A stretch of DNA of 32,000 nt, taken from contig NC_013849.1 in the NCBI RefSeq assembly GCF_000025505.1, positions 1,080,001 to 1,112,000 of the forward strand. Reading direction: 5' to 3'. Below the pieces are notes generated by a model. It saw nothing but the letters and a program-made list of their open reading frames with translations, did no database searches and had not been told where the DNA came from. The position numbers and the translations under genes are program-made. Positions 31,864 to 32,000 of the stretch are shown here, piece after piece; the stretch's first letter is position 1; each line of letters starts with the position of its first letter. Source of the stretch: Ferroglobus placidus DSM 10642 (GTDB taxonomy: Archaea; Halobacteriota; Archaeoglobi; Archaeoglobales; Archaeoglobaceae).

Positions 31864-32000
31864 GGAATTTGGATTTACCTACGATTTGTACAAATACCTA
31901 CTTTTCACCTTCGGTAAGAGGGGAGAGAAGGCTTTTCTCTACGTTAAAGAGGGGAGAGTTAAAAAGTACAAGGACTTTTTCGTCGTAGTTGGTAGAGAGG
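31847..32000 (+). CDS. Partial CDS (N-terminus only; runs off the right edge); function unknown
   Basis: GTG 31847 opens a stop-free frame to the window end: (M)RKKAKEFGFTYDLYKYLLFTFGKRGEKAFLYVKEGRVKKYKDFFVVVGRE. It overlaps the preceding gene by 17 nt. The function is not assignable from 51 codons. Confidence 0.3.
   Translation, partial: MRKKAKEFGFTYDLYKYLLFTFGKRGEKAFLYVKEGRVKKYKDFFVVVGRE

Noticed and set aside
1-32000. A search for CRISPR arrays, tRNA or rRNA genes, C/D-box sRNAs, IS elements or integrases, and long direct or inverted repeats.
   Set aside because: I saw no regularly spaced repeats, no cloverleaf-compatible segments in the few intergenic regions, and no RUGAUGA...CUGA pairs at sRNA spacing outside coding sequence. 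TGATGA at 31307 lies inside the start of a CDS with no matching D box. No transposase-like or integrase-like ORFs were seen. This was a visual scan only; covariance-model tools would be decisive.

Overview
The window is a compact, gene-dense chromosomal segment (about 93% coding) that looks archaeal. Three lines of evidence support this. It encodes archaeal ribosomal proteins S17e and S15. It encodes the archaea-specific tRNA(Ile2) agmatidine synthetase TiaS and an archaeal-type riboflavin-pathway reductase. Several genes have TATA-like boxes about 25-30 nt upstream of the ATG, which suggests leaderless mRNAs, while internal operon genes carry GGAGGTGAT-type Shine-Dalgarno sites and 4-nt ATGA/GTGA overlaps. 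The protein content suggests an Archaeoglobales-like hyperthermophile (Archaeoglobus, Ferroglobus or Geoglobus); this is inference and I cannot run a search.

Main contents:
(1) A minus-strand operon for a Tat-exported molybdopterin oxidoreductase, made of a catalytic subunit, a 4Fe-4S subunit, a lipoprotein dihaem cytochrome c and a TorD-like chaperone. Next to it is an ArsR-family regulator coupled to a His-rich polytopic membrane protein.
(2) A translationally coupled chain of eight genes: DUF58, membrane protein, transglutaminase, membrane protein, MoxR ATPase, CinA-like protein, riboflavin reductase and family II pyrophosphatase.
(3) A five-gene operon encoding a small membrane protein, a tetrahaem cytochrome c, a Tat-dependent NrfC-like Fe-S protein, an NrfD-like quinol-interacting membrane subunit, and a membrane-anchored decahaem NapC/NirT-like cytochrome with an N-terminal zinc ribbon. 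This operon has no catalytic subunit.
(4) Housekeeping and redox genes: COG1340-like coiled-coil protein, glutaredoxin-like protein plus FTR-catalytic-like protein, S15, HAM1, an MBL hydrolase, S17e, DapA, an FMN-dependent hydroxyacid dehydrogenase, a CCG Fe-S protein, a TIM-barrel isomerase, a membrane-tethered wHTH protein, a NapH-like polyferredoxin, TiaS and a degenerate metallophosphoesterase.

I found no rRNA, tRNA, CRISPR array, transposase or integrase.

The most notable observations are these. The two cytochrome-containing respiratory modules carry 16 CxxCH motifs in total and may form one extracytoplasmic electron-transfer chain. The Tat signal peptide of the molybdoenzyme is encoded out of frame with the mature enzyme. 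A zinc ribbon is fused to the decahaem cytochrome. A catalytically degenerate-looking metallophosphoesterase is translationally coupled to TiaS.
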